Below, piece by piece: positions 1-10,088 of a DNA stretch of 64,000 bases (its first letter is position 1; every line of letters begins with the position of its first letter). The position numbers were made by a program, and so were the translations under genes. The notes under the pieces were generated by a model. That model searched no databases. It was not told where the DNA came from and saw nothing but the letters and a program-made list of their open reading frames with translations. This DNA comes from Candidatus Poribacteria bacterium (GTDB lineage: Bacteria; Poribacteria; WGA-4E; JAJDTR01): contig CBDCTK010000002.1 in assembly GCA_965222225.1 (NCBI GenBank), forward strand, positions 1,216,001 through 1,280,000, written 5' to 3'.

Positions 1-987
1 CTGCGCTTTGTAGTGGGGCATTCCGCGGAGCGTACCACCATCTCCTGCAAGTTGGTGAGGATGGATATAGATTGGAGTTGCCAGTCTAGCCTGCGCCGTT
101 TCCGTCAGCATGCTGGCAACATTGTGATAGTTGCCCATCCAATGAAACCCAAGATGTGCCCAGCCGCCGAAAAGCGCGCCGTTGACCACCCCTTGAATAC
201 CAGCTTCTTCAAGCTTGTACGCCATGTGACTCCCGTACCAACCGAGTTCGCGCCATACGAGTGGGTCGGCGTGCGGGTGAATCGGCTCGCAATATGGAAC
301 GACAAATAACCGTGGGCCATATGCACCCATTTCATGATGGTCCTGAAACACCTGCGGATGCCACTCTTGAAACATGATACGCGCCATGTATTGCGATTCG
401 ACCAGATTAAGCATGAACGCGTCTCGGTTATTATCGTGTCCGCAATATTTGTGATATAACCACGGCAACGGCGTTCCTTCGTATTCCGTACCAACGTATT
501 CGTTGTACCAGTCAGTGACCATAATCTGGCCATCGGGGTTAAAACAGGGAATCATCAGAAAAATCGTGTTTTCTAAGATTTCTGTTGTTTCCCTGTCCGT
601 ACCGCAGACCAAGTCGTAGGCTAACTCTGCCGACATTTGCGTCGCGGCAATCTCGCTCGCGTGTAGACTCATGCTCTGGCACACCACCGCGCGACCATTC
701 TTGATTAAGCGGCTAATTCTTGCCTGAGACAATCCCCTCGGATCGGCAATCTGTGCATTGATTCTCTTCAGCTCATCCAGGCGCGCAAGATTGCTGGCAG
801 ACGAGATAATTGCCAGTAAGAAAGGGTTCCCTTCCGTCGTTGCGCCCATATTGATCACTTGGATCTTTTCACTTCGATCATCCATTAGATTGAAGTAATC
901 AACAATTTTGTCCCAGCGGGCAATATTACGGTCACTCCCGAGACGGAATCCGAAATACGATTCCGGCCTCGGAATGGTGTTGGACAT
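1..987 (-). CDS. M14 family zinc carboxypeptidase (N-terminal part; runs off the window edge)
   Basis: Manual translation (not in the ORF track): MSNTIPRPESYFGFRLGSDRNIARWDKIVDYF...SLHASEIAA...PCFNPDG...GHDNNRD...FQDHHEMG; HxxE, NPDG and NRD M14 motifs; AAGGAG RBS upstream. Confidence 0.85.
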   Translation of the reverse strand, partial: MSNTIPRPESYFGFRLGSDRNIARWDKIVDYFNLMDDRSEKIQVINMGATTEGNPFLLAIISSASNLARLDELKRINAQIADPRGLSQARISRLIKNGRAVVCQSMSLHASEIAATQMSAELAYDLVCGTDRETTEILENTIFLMIPCFNPDGQIMVTDWYNEYVGTEYEGTPLPWLYHKYCGHDNNRDAFMLNLVESQYMARIMFQEWHPQVFQDHHEMGAYGPRLFVVPYCEPIHPHADPLVWRELGWYGSHMAYKLEEAGIQGVVNGALFGGWAHLGFHWMGNYHNVASMLTETAQARLATPIYIHPHQLAGDGGTLRGMPHYKAQ

Positions 988-1335
988 AACACGGCTCCTT
1001 TTTTCCTAATAGAAAGGTTGAATACGTATCATCCTACGATTATTGTCGCTCTTCACAGGCTAAAATTATTCCACAATTCACTGCTTAGACACGTCTCATT
1101 TGCGCCAAGACAATCGTACCCGATTCTAGAAGATTGACAAGTCGTCTTTTTTCGATAGTAGGAGAATGCTTATGAAGTTGGTTCCGTAACGACGATAGCG
1201 GCGGAGATTTTGGTGAGGAGTTCGTTGAATCAATGAAATGATGGATGGGTTTACAAATTGCAACTACGGTAGAACAAACCTTGTCGTAGAATTGGACCAA
1301 TTCTATGGACGGCACGGGGGCTGTTACAGTCGAAA

Positions 1336-2628
1336 CTAAGAATTTGGAGGATTAATCGGTTCCCCGAGGGTTGCCAAGACATCAAGAAAATTTGGGAAGG
1401 TCTTGCTAACACAGTCCGGATTCTTGATTCGAATCCCCGGCGCTTTCAGGCCAATTAAGGAAAAACTCATTGCCACTCGATGGTCATCGTAGGTATCAAT
1501 CTCGGCCGGCTTGATTTTCGAGGGATAGATTTCGACCCCGTCTTGATGCTCAACTACATTTACGCCGAGTTTCCGCAACGCCGTGACCATCGCATGAATC
1601 CGATCTGTTTCTTGCCAGCGCGTCTGTTCAATATTACGAATAACCACGCGGTCCTCTGCGAACGGGGCGATGGCAGCGAGGGTAAGTGCCGTATCGGAAA
1701 TCGCGTTCATGTCCACATCGATCCCCTTGAGGTTTTTGGGGCCCATGACTTCAATTCCGCTAGAATGTCGATTCACATGGCAACCCATCTTTTCAAGCAC
1801 ATTAACGAATCGAATATCCCCTTGAGTAGAATCCGTCGTCAAATCCTTCACGCGCACACGGCCGCCTGTTAAGGCGGCAGCGGCAAAAAAGTAGGATGCG
1901 CTGGACGCATCCGGTTCAATGGCATACTCGCGAGGCTCATATCGCTGTCCGGCAGGGATATGAAAGTAGCGGTAGTTCTTGTTGATTACCTGCACACCGA
2001 ATGCCTTCATCACCGACATCGTGATATCAATGTACGGTTTCTTCAGCTTATCCACAATTTCAATCTCTAAGCCATTGACCGCATACGGGGCAACTAGCAT
2101 TAACGAAGTCAAGAATTGGCTGCTTTTACTCGCGTTCAATCGTGCACGTCCGCCTTGAAGTCCATTTGCACATACGACTACAGGCAGATAGTCGTTATTG
2201 TATTGCGAGCGAGCGTCCACCCCAATCTGCCTCAGACTATCCAGCAAATCCGAGATTGGGCGGCTGTGGCGCATAGGTACATCGCCATCAATGATGAATT
2301 CGCCTTTCCCGAGTCCAACATAACTGACTAGCGATCTTGTTGTTGTCCCGGAATTTCCGACATAGAGATTCGCGTGATTCACGGGAATTCTGCCACCGTT
2401 GCCAATGACTTCAAACGAGCATCGATCTTCATTAGCGGCAATAGCCACGCCTAGCTGTCTTAGCGCCTCATACATATAGCGGGTGTCATCGCTGAATAAG
2501 GCGCCTGTCAGTCTTGAATGTCCTTTGGCAAGCGAAGCAATAAGTAACGCGCGATTTGTATAGCTCTTGGACCCCGGAACAGTTACAATAGCATCGACTG
2601 GATTCTGAATCGGTTCAATTTTAAGCAT
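1336..2628 (-). CDS. aroA: 3-phosphoshikimate 1-carboxyvinyltransferase (EPSP synthase)
   Basis: PGSKSYTNRALL, GNSGTT, SSQFLTSL, ETDRI and DDHRVAMSF motifs. Confidence 0.97.
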   Translation of the reverse strand: MLKIEPIQNPVDAIVTVPGSKSYTNRALLIASLAKGHSRLTGALFSDDTRYMYEALRQLGVAIAANEDRCSFEVIGNGGRIPVNHANLYVGNSGTTTRSLVSYVGLGKGEFIIDGDVPMRHSRPISDLLDSLRQIGVDARSQYNNDYLPVVVCANGLQGGRARLNASKSSQFLTSLMLVAPYAVNGLEIEIVDKLKKPYIDITMSVMKAFGVQVINKNYRYFHIPAGQRYEPREYAIEPDASSASYFFAAAALTGGRVRVKDLTTDSTQGDIRFVNVLEKMGCHVNRHSSGIEVMGPKNLKGIDVDMNAISDTALTLAAIAPFAEDRVVIRNIEQTRWQETDRIHAMVTALRKLGVNVVEHQDGVEIYPSKIKPAEIDTYDDHRVAMSFSLIGLKAPGIRIKNPDCVSKTFPNFLDVLATLGEPINPPNS

Positions 2629-2865
2629 TGATATTGCGAATCTGGAATGAGATTTGATAACCTAGCTGGCGGCTCTCCTTCGCCGCCGCAGATAGCTTTC
2701 CGCCTCAGCTTGGGAGGAAATTCCAGTTTAGCAGAATCAAATTTGCATGTCAACAGATAGTTTCTTGTCCTCTCATCGGTTTTTAGGCAAAAAAGAGCCC
2801 TATGCACGGTGCATAGGGCTGTAATCGCGGCAATGCTCCAAGAATGATTAAGCTGACAACTCGGT

Positions 2866-3687
2866 TTAGAAGCGCGTACGTAAAATGAGTTGACTTTCAA
2901 CGCCATCAGGTAAGACCGTCGTCTGAAAATCCAAATCTATTGGTTTGAACGACATCAAACGAGAATTCTTCTTCTTGTTATGTTTTTTGGCAACGATACG
3001 GGCTTCAACCGCGCTGATTGCATGATTTAAAATAACCCCGCCCAAGAGAGTTCGCGCCAACTCGAATTTGTCGTTAGCCTCGTATCTTAAACGCAAGGCT
3101 TCTTCACGGCTAGGCGAATCGCTGTCCCCCTTCCGGTCTTCATCCTTAAACGCGCGGCGGTCATCCCAGTACCATGGTCCTGTCCGGCTGAGGGGTTCAC
3201 CGTTATTCTCCGTATAAACATTATGCCAGTTATCAAAGAGCGTAGCGTGTTCAAAATCCTCAATCGGGTCCCACGTTTCAAAGGTGCCGGGGCCGTCAGA
3301 TATGACATGTTCCCTGACCAGATTGCGGTAGTCATCACGTGAGTTTTCGGCATCGCTGTGTGCAATGAAATAACCCACTAAAAGCGCAATGTCGGCGGCA
3401 AGAAATAAATAGCCTCGTTTTGCTCCAACATAAAGTTGACCCGATCCCGGTACAACGAGTGAAGACAGAAACGCGCGATTAGGCGATTTCATCGGTTCCC
3501 TCGGACGTAAACCTTCCAATTGCGCCCCCAATGTCCTCGTGCCAACCACAGATGCCATGAGAAAAGCAGTGAGTTCGGAATTAGGAGTCTCAGCTTCCTT
3601 GCTTGATGCAATACATAAAAAAGCGCATGAGAACAACATGCAACTCATCAATATAGTTGAGGCCCCTCGCCTCATTCCCCAAGTCAT
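2866..3687 (-). CDS. Hypothetical membrane/secreted protein (DUF5683-like 'KSP..AFLSSLVVPGSGQLY' segment)
   Basis: ORF track 2866..3849, but its first codons lie inside the MITE; a likely start near 3687 gives a signal-like N-terminus. Confidence 0.6.
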   Translation of the reverse strand: MTWGMRRGASTILMSCMLFSCAFLCIASSKEAETPNSELTAFLMASVVGTRTLGAQLEGLRPREPMKSPNRAFLSSLVVPGSGQLYVGAKRGYLFLAADIALLVGYFIAHSDAENSRDDYRNLVREHVISDGPGTFETWDPIEDFEHATLFDNWHNVYTENNGEPLSRTGPWYWDDRRAFKDEDRKGDSDSPSREEALRLRYEANDKFELARTLLGGVILNHAISAVEARIVAKKHNKKKNSRLMSFKPIDLDFQTTVLPDGVESQLILRTRF

Positions 3688-3788
3688 TATTGTGCCGTCT
3701 CCATTCGATTCATTCTGTCTCCAAAGAGACCTAAAACTACTGTCTACCGCAGAGGTGATAACTTGCGTTGTACTCTCCTCTCGACTTA

Positions 3789-4111
3789 GAGCCTGTTTGA
3801 ATAATCGGTGGCAAAGCCATTTTTGGTCATTTGTAGAAAGTTTTTTCATGTTTTCATTGTTGGCTGCTACATACCTGTCACTATTCTATCGCACTCACTA
3901 TTCGCTCCCTTGATCCCACGCTGGGGCTTTTAGAGGCTGGTAGGATTTCTATCGCGCTCCCTAGAAGATCTCTATCAGGATTTACTATCGCCTTCGCTAT
4001 TCGCTCAGTTGATCCCTCGCTGTTCACTCGGTTGATCGCAGGGGATCTCTATCGCAGTCATTTTTCATTCCTTTGATCGCACCCTACAAACTGTACTTTT
4101 CAAACAGGCTC
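3789..4111. mobile_element. MITE, IS5-family (IS1031-like) ends, copy 1
   Basis: 13-bp TIRs GAGCCTGTTTGAA...TTCAAACAGGCTC; TTA target duplication at 3786-3788 and 4112-4114; no transposase; second copy at 13657-13890. Confidence 0.85.
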
Positions 4112-5200
4112 TTAGAACCGAAGCATTAACTCAAAAACATTTAACCGTTTTCCTTCGGGACCCCGCGGCACTTCTACAGCGTAGTCAAATTGGTAGTCAA
4201 GCAATCTCACACCTAGACCATACGTTAGATGGTCCGAAAAATTCAGCAAGTCTATCCCCGGTTCCGTTTTGTAACCAACGCGCAATGCAAGGAGATTACC
4301 AAGCCAATACTCGGCGCCGATACTTTTCCGTAGATGCCTCCATTCAAGGGCGCGAATGCCAACACCCCGATTCGAAAGCACATCACTACGCGTTTCGTCA
4401 GGAAAGTCAGCCAAGCGTCTTTCTATCTCCTCTTCATCCTCTGTCAATTTATGGATAGATGCCGTCAAATCTCCAATGAGGTTGACCCGATGATTCGTTT
4501 CTTCGTAGAGTACCACTGCCGTCCCCATCTTGAATTTGCGAGGAAGAGGGTCGCTCTGATTCTCATCTATGAAGTGCAGACGCGTGCCCCAGTTCTGGAG
4601 GGCAGCGCCAATCTTGACTGGCACAAATGCATTCAACAAATCGTACTGCAATCCGAAATCAACGGCGTAAGCGCCCCCGCTCTCCCGTCCTAACTTCTGT
4701 CTGATAATCTTGCCATTCATGCCAGCAGAAAGCCGATCTGTCACTTGGTCTGCGTATGAAAACGTCAATACCCAATTCGTCCCGAGGTTTTCCTCTCTAA
4801 TCGGATTGGGAGAATCTGTTGTCACCAAGATGGTTCCTTGTCCTTCAAGCTGAAGCGTCGCTCCAAGGATGCCGACATCGCTAATCGGCATAGCTCCGGC
4901 AAAAAATGCATAGTACAATCCTTCGCCAGCTTCGCCGAAAATGTCCCCTTGGTTTTTGTACGAAATAGCCACCTGTTTCTCTTGAATAATTCCCAATCCA
5001 CTGGGATTCCATAAAGCGCTAGTCACATCGCCATCAACAGCAGTGAAGGCATCGCCCAATGCTGTCGCACGCGTCCCGCCGCCGAGATCGAGAATTTGAG
5101 AGCCTTGGGTGCCCGGTCCCGCCAATCCTGATGGTGGAGGCGAGATTATCGCCACAACCAAGACTATGTTAATTGCCAATATTAGGTTTACTCGCTGCAT
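4112..5200 (-). CDS. PorV/PorQ-like (UPF0164) outer-membrane beta-barrel protein
   Basis: Signal peptide, GGGTRATALGDAFTAV...LWNPSGL motif, GAEYW..LLALRVGY, C-terminal Phe. Confidence 0.8.
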   Translation of the reverse strand: MQRVNLILAINIVLVVAIISPPPSGLAGPGTQGSQILDLGGGTRATALGDAFTAVDGDVTSALWNPSGLGIIQEKQVAISYKNQGDIFGEAGEGLYYAFFAGAMPISDVGILGATLQLEGQGTILVTTDSPNPIREENLGTNWVLTFSYADQVTDRLSAGMNGKIIRQKLGRESGGAYAVDFGLQYDLLNAFVPVKIGAALQNWGTRLHFIDENQSDPLPRKFKMGTAVVLYEETNHRVNLIGDLTASIHKLTEDEEEIERRLADFPDETRSDVLSNRGVGIRALEWRHLRKSIGAEYWLGNLLALRVGYKTEPGIDLLNFSDHLTYGLGVRLLDYQFDYAVEVPRGPEGKRLNVFELMLRF

Positions 5201-5682
5201 TCATTAATCTCCTAGCACAAGCTCGTTGAAGTGAACCGTTTCCGCTACTTGCTAGAAAAAACGGGTAGAGTGCTGAACGGGTTTACAAACCGATGAGGTC
5301 GCGCTATACTACAGAGGTTGATTTCAACTGATTTTCGCGCCGCCGTCAATCTATTATGGAATACAATCGTATTGCACTTCAAAACGCTTAATGGATTGGA
5401 TTTTGAAATGATAGCCTACTACGGGAATAACTACAATGGAAAAGGATATTGTTTGAATGCACCTTAACATAAAGACTCGTTTCCCGCGTATTGAGCCAAC
5501 CCCGCAAGAGACCATCTAATTCATGCAAATTTAGAAAATAAGTTTCGCATTTTGAGCGAGGCGTGGAAAGGATAAAACTGGAAGATTGGAAGGGAATCTT
5601 CCAGCCTTCCAATCCTATTCTTCCAAGTCGCGTCACAAGATGAACTTTAATACTGAAACCTGCTTATAGACAACCAAAAGAC

Positions 5683-7791
5683 ATGAAAAAGAATATAGCG
5701 GCGGGGGTTTTCCTAACTCTCTGGATGTGTAGCGTATGCCATCCCGCGGCGCCAATCCTCAGAGAGATTGAAGCCGTTCCGACCGATTCCCCGCCGAAGA
5801 TTGATGGCGCGCTCAATGACATCTGCTGGCAAAAAGCGGCTCAGTCGGGAAGTTTCGTCCAATACGATCCGCTATCGGGCGAGCCAGCGACTCAGCCAAC
5901 CAAAGTCTACCTTGCCTATGATCGGAATCGACTTTATGTCGGTTTTGAATGCTTCAAAGATGATATGAACAGACTCGCCGCAAATTCGACACGCCGGGAT
6001 GCTCGGTTCTTTTCCGATGATTATGTCGAGGTTTTCCTAGATACATACCTAGACAAACGAAACTGCTATGCCTTCGCATTGAATCCACTCGGGACACAAA
6101 GAGATCGTCGTATCACCAATGAAGGCTCAAACGTGAGACGCAGCGGATCCGGCTCGGGTTCTGCATTACCCTGGGACTGTGATTGGGATGGTCGCGCCGC
6201 AATCTATAAGAACAGGTGGACCGCCGAATTTTCTATCCCCTTTGCCGAACTCCGTTTTCCGAAATCTCAGAATCCTTCTGTAGCCTGGGGTGTCAATTTT
6301 TGGCGGCACGATGAATCACGTGAAGAAGATCAATCTTGGGTAAACCTTGGAAGCCGCCGATACGCCGTTTCGCGTTATGGTCACTTGACGAATCTGCCCG
6401 TGAATACGCTTGCGACCAAACGACTGTTGGAGATAAAGCCGTATGGCGTTGCCAAACCGCAACAACTAAACGCCCAAAGCCCGGAAATGAAAGCCGATAT
6501 GGGTCTCGATTTGCGTTACCCGTTCTCGAACATGTCGGTAGATTTCACGATAAACCCCGACTTCGCGCAAATTGAGGCAGATCCGGATCGGATCAATCTG
6601 ACGGATATTCCGTTACGTTTCCCGGAAAAGCGTCCCTTCTTTCTGGAAGGAAATGAAATTTTTCAGATGCCGGTCGAATTGTTCTATAGCCGGCGTGTAG
6701 GAGATTTGTCAGGCGGTGCGAAGATGGCTGGCAAGGTTGGTGGATACAATCTTGCTGCCCTTAGTGCGCAGGCAGGCCCAGAGTATCCGGATGAAGAGAT
6801 TGAAGAAGGGCACCTACCCTTAGACGAATATAACTACTCCGTCTTCCGTCTCCAGCGAGAGTTGGGAAGGACATCGTCAGTCGGGTTCTTGGGAGTCAAC
6901 AAGCAGCGCGGGGGTTTGTACGATAGGGCATCCGGAGCGGATGCTCGATTTACACTGCCGGGCAACATAGATCTTAATCTCGAATATGCGAGAGAATGGA
7001 AATCCGGCGTCAAGAGCGACGATCTGGTTTTTGCCCAACTTACTCGCCAAACCAATCGCTTCTCATTTGATGTGCGTTATACCGACATCGGCGAACACTT
7101 TGATTTGGAGACCGGCTTTATTCCACGCATCGATCGCCGTGGGATTTTCCTTTCCACGCAGTACACCAAGCACTACGAGGGATTAATAAAACGCTTTCGC
7201 GGCCGTGTCAGATATGAACTCCTGGAAAATCATGCCGGACAACGCACCAACGAAAACCGGGACGTTAATGGATCAATCAGAATCCAAGATTTTTCCCTTT
7301 GGCTTGCGCCCCAATGGTATTTTCACGTGACTGAAGACGATATCGCCTATACAGATAAGCTCCTCAGGTTCTACCTTGGCTGGTCACCACCAAAATGGGT
7401 GTCAATTCGGAACTTCGGGTCAGTGGGAGTTCGAGATGATAAGGATAGTTTTTTCATTAGACCCGAGATTACCCTGCGTCCGACCTCGAAGCTCAATTTT
7501 GAAATCACCCTACAACGTCTGATTGAAGATCGCGAACTTGTAGAATGGACTCGGCGGATCACAGTCAACTACCAATTCGCACAGCGCATGTACGCAAGGA
7601 CTAGTGCGGAAGTTACCATAGAAATGGAACGACGTGTATTCGTCCTATTTGCCTACGAATATCGACCCGAAAGCACCTTTTTTGTTGTCTATAACGACAA
7701 CCGAGACGAAGAGGCGATACTGAGCGTATTTTATTTGTCAAAATCTCACATCTGTTTAAGTTGGGGATGTGGTAAGGCCTATTTTGATTAG
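5683..7791 (+). CDS. CBM9-like/DUF5916 outer-membrane protein (frameshift near the 3' end; true stop probably 7775)
   Basis: PPKIDGALND..W, DDYVEVFLDTY, WTAEFSIPF, INPDFAQIEAD, PEKRPFFLEG motifs; an alternative frame gives the typical C-terminus ERILFVKISHLFKLGMW*. Confidence 0.8.
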   Translation: MKKNIAAGVFLTLWMCSVCHPAAPILREIEAVPTDSPPKIDGALNDICWQKAAQSGSFVQYDPLSGEPATQPTKVYLAYDRNRLYVGFECFKDDMNRLAANSTRRDARFFSDDYVEVFLDTYLDKRNCYAFALNPLGTQRDRRITNEGSNVRRSGSGSGSALPWDCDWDGRAAIYKNRWTAEFSIPFAELRFPKSQNPSVAWGVNFWRHDESREEDQSWVNLGSRRYAVSRYGHLTNLPVNTLATKRLLEIKPYGVAKPQQLNAQSPEMKADMGLDLRYPFSNMSVDFTINPDFAQIEADPDRINLTDIPLRFPEKRPFFLEGNEIFQMPVELFYSRRVGDLSGGAKMAGKVGGYNLAALSAQAGPEYPDEEIEEGHLPLDEYNYSVFRLQRELGRTSSVGFLGVNKQRGGLYDRASGADARFTLPGNIDLNLEYAREWKSGVKSDDLVFAQLTRQTNRFSFDVRYTDIGEHFDLETGFIPRIDRRGIFLSTQYTKHYEGLIKRFRGRVRYELLENHAGQRTNENRDVNGSIRIQDFSLWLAPQWYFHVTEDDIAYTDKLLRFYLGWSPPKWVSIRNFGSVGVRDDKDSFFIRPEITLRPTSKLNFEITLQRLIEDRELVEWTRRITVNYQFAQRMYARTSAEVTIEMERRVFVLFAYEYRPESTFFVVYNDNRDEEAILSVFYLSKSHICLSWGCGKAYFD

Positions 7792-8009
7792 CGGAGTGAT
7801 TTGGAAACTTTATCGTGCCTGAATCAATCGACCCGGCAGATCGGGATTCGCTTGTCGGCTTCTTTGACATTGACACGCCTCCTCCCCGTTGGTTAGAATT
7901 CCCCGATTGATAAGATTCATGGCATCAAATCGTTGAACGAGAACGTCCTAGTTCTATGCCCTAGGCATGGGGCTTTTCAGCGCCCATCTTAATTCGTGCG
8001 GACGGATTT

Positions 8010-9551
8010 ATGAAACATTATCGAAATAATATTCTCGCAGTTGTTTCCGGGATTTTGCTAGTCTTGAGTCACCCCAGTTTTAACCTGTTCCCGCTCGCAT
8101 GGGTAGGATTGGTGCCGCTGTTAATAGCCATAAAGTCTGTCTCAAACGCGAAATCTGCCTTCCGGATAGGATATATTTCGGGATTGACGTTCTTCGCGGG
8201 GCTCCTCTACTGGATTGTCCTGCTCTATCCGTTTGCACACATCTTTGTAACCGTGCTGGGCTATGTCGCTCTCGTCGCTTACGCCGCCCTTTACTTTGCC
8301 GTCTTTGCCCTAGTTGTGCACCAATTGCCGCGTAAATCCGGGATATCCTTCATTTTTCCGACAGCACTGTTTTGGACGGGGTTGGAGTGGATTAGGAGTT
8401 GGCTACTGACAGGCTTCCCATGGGGCAGTATGGGATACTCGCAGTGGAACAATCATGCCGGAATTCAAATTGCCTCGATTACCGGAGTTTACGGCGTCAG
8501 CTTTGTTGTCGTGCTCTTCAACGCGGCAATCGCATATCTAATCATCTCGTCTTCCAACTGGCGAAGAGCAACCAAGAGTGTTGCATTTCCAATCGCCATT
8601 GTGGCACTCACGTTCGTTTACGGTGCATTTTGTTTGTCCGATTCCGGAAACTCGGTAGCGCACGTTAAACTCGCGCTTGTTCCCGGCAATGTCTCGCAAG
8701 CCGAGAAGTGGAAATCGGAACACGCCCCGAAGATTTTCAGGCGATATATCAGTTTAACCGAACAGACGAATGCCGCTAACCCGGATATAATTGTCTGGCC
8801 CGAAACTGCGATTCACCCCCAAATACTATCCGGGCAGGCGGAATCCTACAGGCAGCGTTTATTCGAGATGCTGCGAGAGCATCAAACCTATCTGCTCGCC
8901 GGTGCCGCCGTGCGAGAGGCTGATAAGAAGTTCTATAATAGCGTTTTTCTTCTCTCCCCGGCGGGTGAGAAGCTTGGCAGCTATTCCAAGATGCACCTCG
9001 TGCCCTTCGGGGAATACGTGCCGTTCTCCAGCGCTCTCCCAAACTTCATCCAATTTGAGACCTTCGCACCCGGGAAGTCAATTAACCTACTACCGCTCGC
9101 CAGCATAAAGGATGCCAAAGTCGGTATTGCGATCTGTTTCGAGTCCGTGTTCCCCAATCTCTTTCGCAAGTTCGTAGCGAAAGGCGCGGACATCATGGGA
9201 ATCTTGACCAACGATGCTTGGTTTGTAGGCACAACGGCGCCTGCCCAACACCTATCCGCCGCGCCGTTCCGTGCCGTCGAAAACCGCATCTCCGTTTTCC
9301 GCTGCGCCAACGGAGGAATCTCCTGCATAATAGATCCGTTCGGGAGGATAGTGAGCCAGACTATCACCCCGACCCAACCTGATGGCGTTCTGGTAGAAGA
9401 CGTCCCTTTGAAAAATCATCAGAACACGAAACAAACGCTATACACCCGCTACGGCGATTGGTTTCCAATCCTATGTCTGCTGGCAAGCCTCGTACTAATT
9501 GGTCATAGGAACCGAACGCGGATCCACTCCAAACTCAGGCGGTACACCTGA
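8010..9551 (+). CDS. lnt: Apolipoprotein N-acyltransferase
   Basis: TM helices, GFPWG..GYSQ, WPETA, KMHLVPFGEY, ICFES, TNDAWF, RAVEN motifs. Confidence 0.96.
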   Translation: MKHYRNNILAVVSGILLVLSHPSFNLFPLAWVGLVPLLIAIKSVSNAKSAFRIGYISGLTFFAGLLYWIVLLYPFAHIFVTVLGYVALVAYAALYFAVFALVVHQLPRKSGISFIFPTALFWTGLEWIRSWLLTGFPWGSMGYSQWNNHAGIQIASITGVYGVSFVVVLFNAAIAYLIISSSNWRRATKSVAFPIAIVALTFVYGAFCLSDSGNSVAHVKLALVPGNVSQAEKWKSEHAPKIFRRYISLTEQTNAANPDIIVWPETAIHPQILSGQAESYRQRLFEMLREHQTYLLAGAAVREADKKFYNSVFLLSPAGEKLGSYSKMHLVPFGEYVPFSSALPNFIQFETFAPGKSINLLPLASIKDAKVGIAICFESVFPNLFRKFVAKGADIMGILTNDAWFVGTTAPAQHLSAAPFRAVENRISVFRCANGGISCIIDPFGRIVSQTITPTQPDGVLVEDVPLKNHQNTKQTLYTRYGDWFPILCLLASLVLIGHRNRTRIHSKLRRYT

Positions 9552-9580
9552 AGCATCACTGGATTCCCCGCACACATGTA
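9237..9580 (+). repeat. Direct repeat copy 1 (lnt 3' end plus downstream sequence)
   Basis: Aligns by eye with 10641-10986. Confidence 0.9.
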
Positions 9581-9713
9581 AGAGCCCTCGCCTGATGGCG
9601 CACTTCATTTTGCTCTTTTATTTGCACATCAACACTTTTTTGCGTTACAATTCCCATGATGTTTCACAAGACAGTACTCTTCAATTCCGAATAACAAAAG
9701 GACGTTTCTCGCC

Positions 9714-10016
9714 ATGTTTATCCAAACCCCAGACGGTACGCTTGTGAACCTAAATCAAGTAGGCGGAATCAAAATTATCAAAGAGGAAGCAGCTCGTACT
9801 TATCCTACCAGATTTGGACACAGCCTCTATGCTATCCTTCCAGCCGGTATGGGTATAGTTGCACCTGAACCCCTTGAACAACACCATATACTTTTGGTAA
9901 GCGGACGGGATTACGACCAATGCATTTACGTCCTTAACGACATAAAAAAACATCTTGAATCGAAAGATTCGTTTATGGTGTTAAAGTGTCCTGATCCACA
10001 ACAATCGACACCTTAA
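9714..10016 (+). CDS. Hypothetical protein
   Basis: 100-aa ORF with upstream AAAGGA; lies between the lnt direct repeats. Confidence 0.6.
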   Translation: MFIQTPDGTLVNLNQVGGIKIIKEEAARTYPTRFGHSLYAILPAGMGIVAPEPLEQHHILLVSGRDYDQCIYVLNDIKKHLESKDSFMVLKCPDPQQSTP

Positions 10017-10088
10017 AACAGGGCACGGATAACATTTCTGCAATAATCCTTTTCGGAAGCACAAGGAATTTATGTAACTCCAATCGAA

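Noticed and set aside
13-533. ORFs 13..309 (+) and 105..533 (-)
   Set aside because: Shadow frames of the M14 peptidase gene at 1..987 (-).
3688-3849. N-terminal extension of ORF 2866..3849
   Set aside because: The start lies inside the MITE; read-through is coincidental.
3886-4078. 30-bp repeats as a CRISPR array
   Set aside because: Repeats vary internally, spacing is irregular, there are no unique spacers and no cas genes.
5578-5625. GGAAGATTGG...CTTCCAATCCTATTCTTCC element (also near 31286-31378)
   Set aside because: A short intergenic repeat with only two clear copies here and no further structure to interpret.
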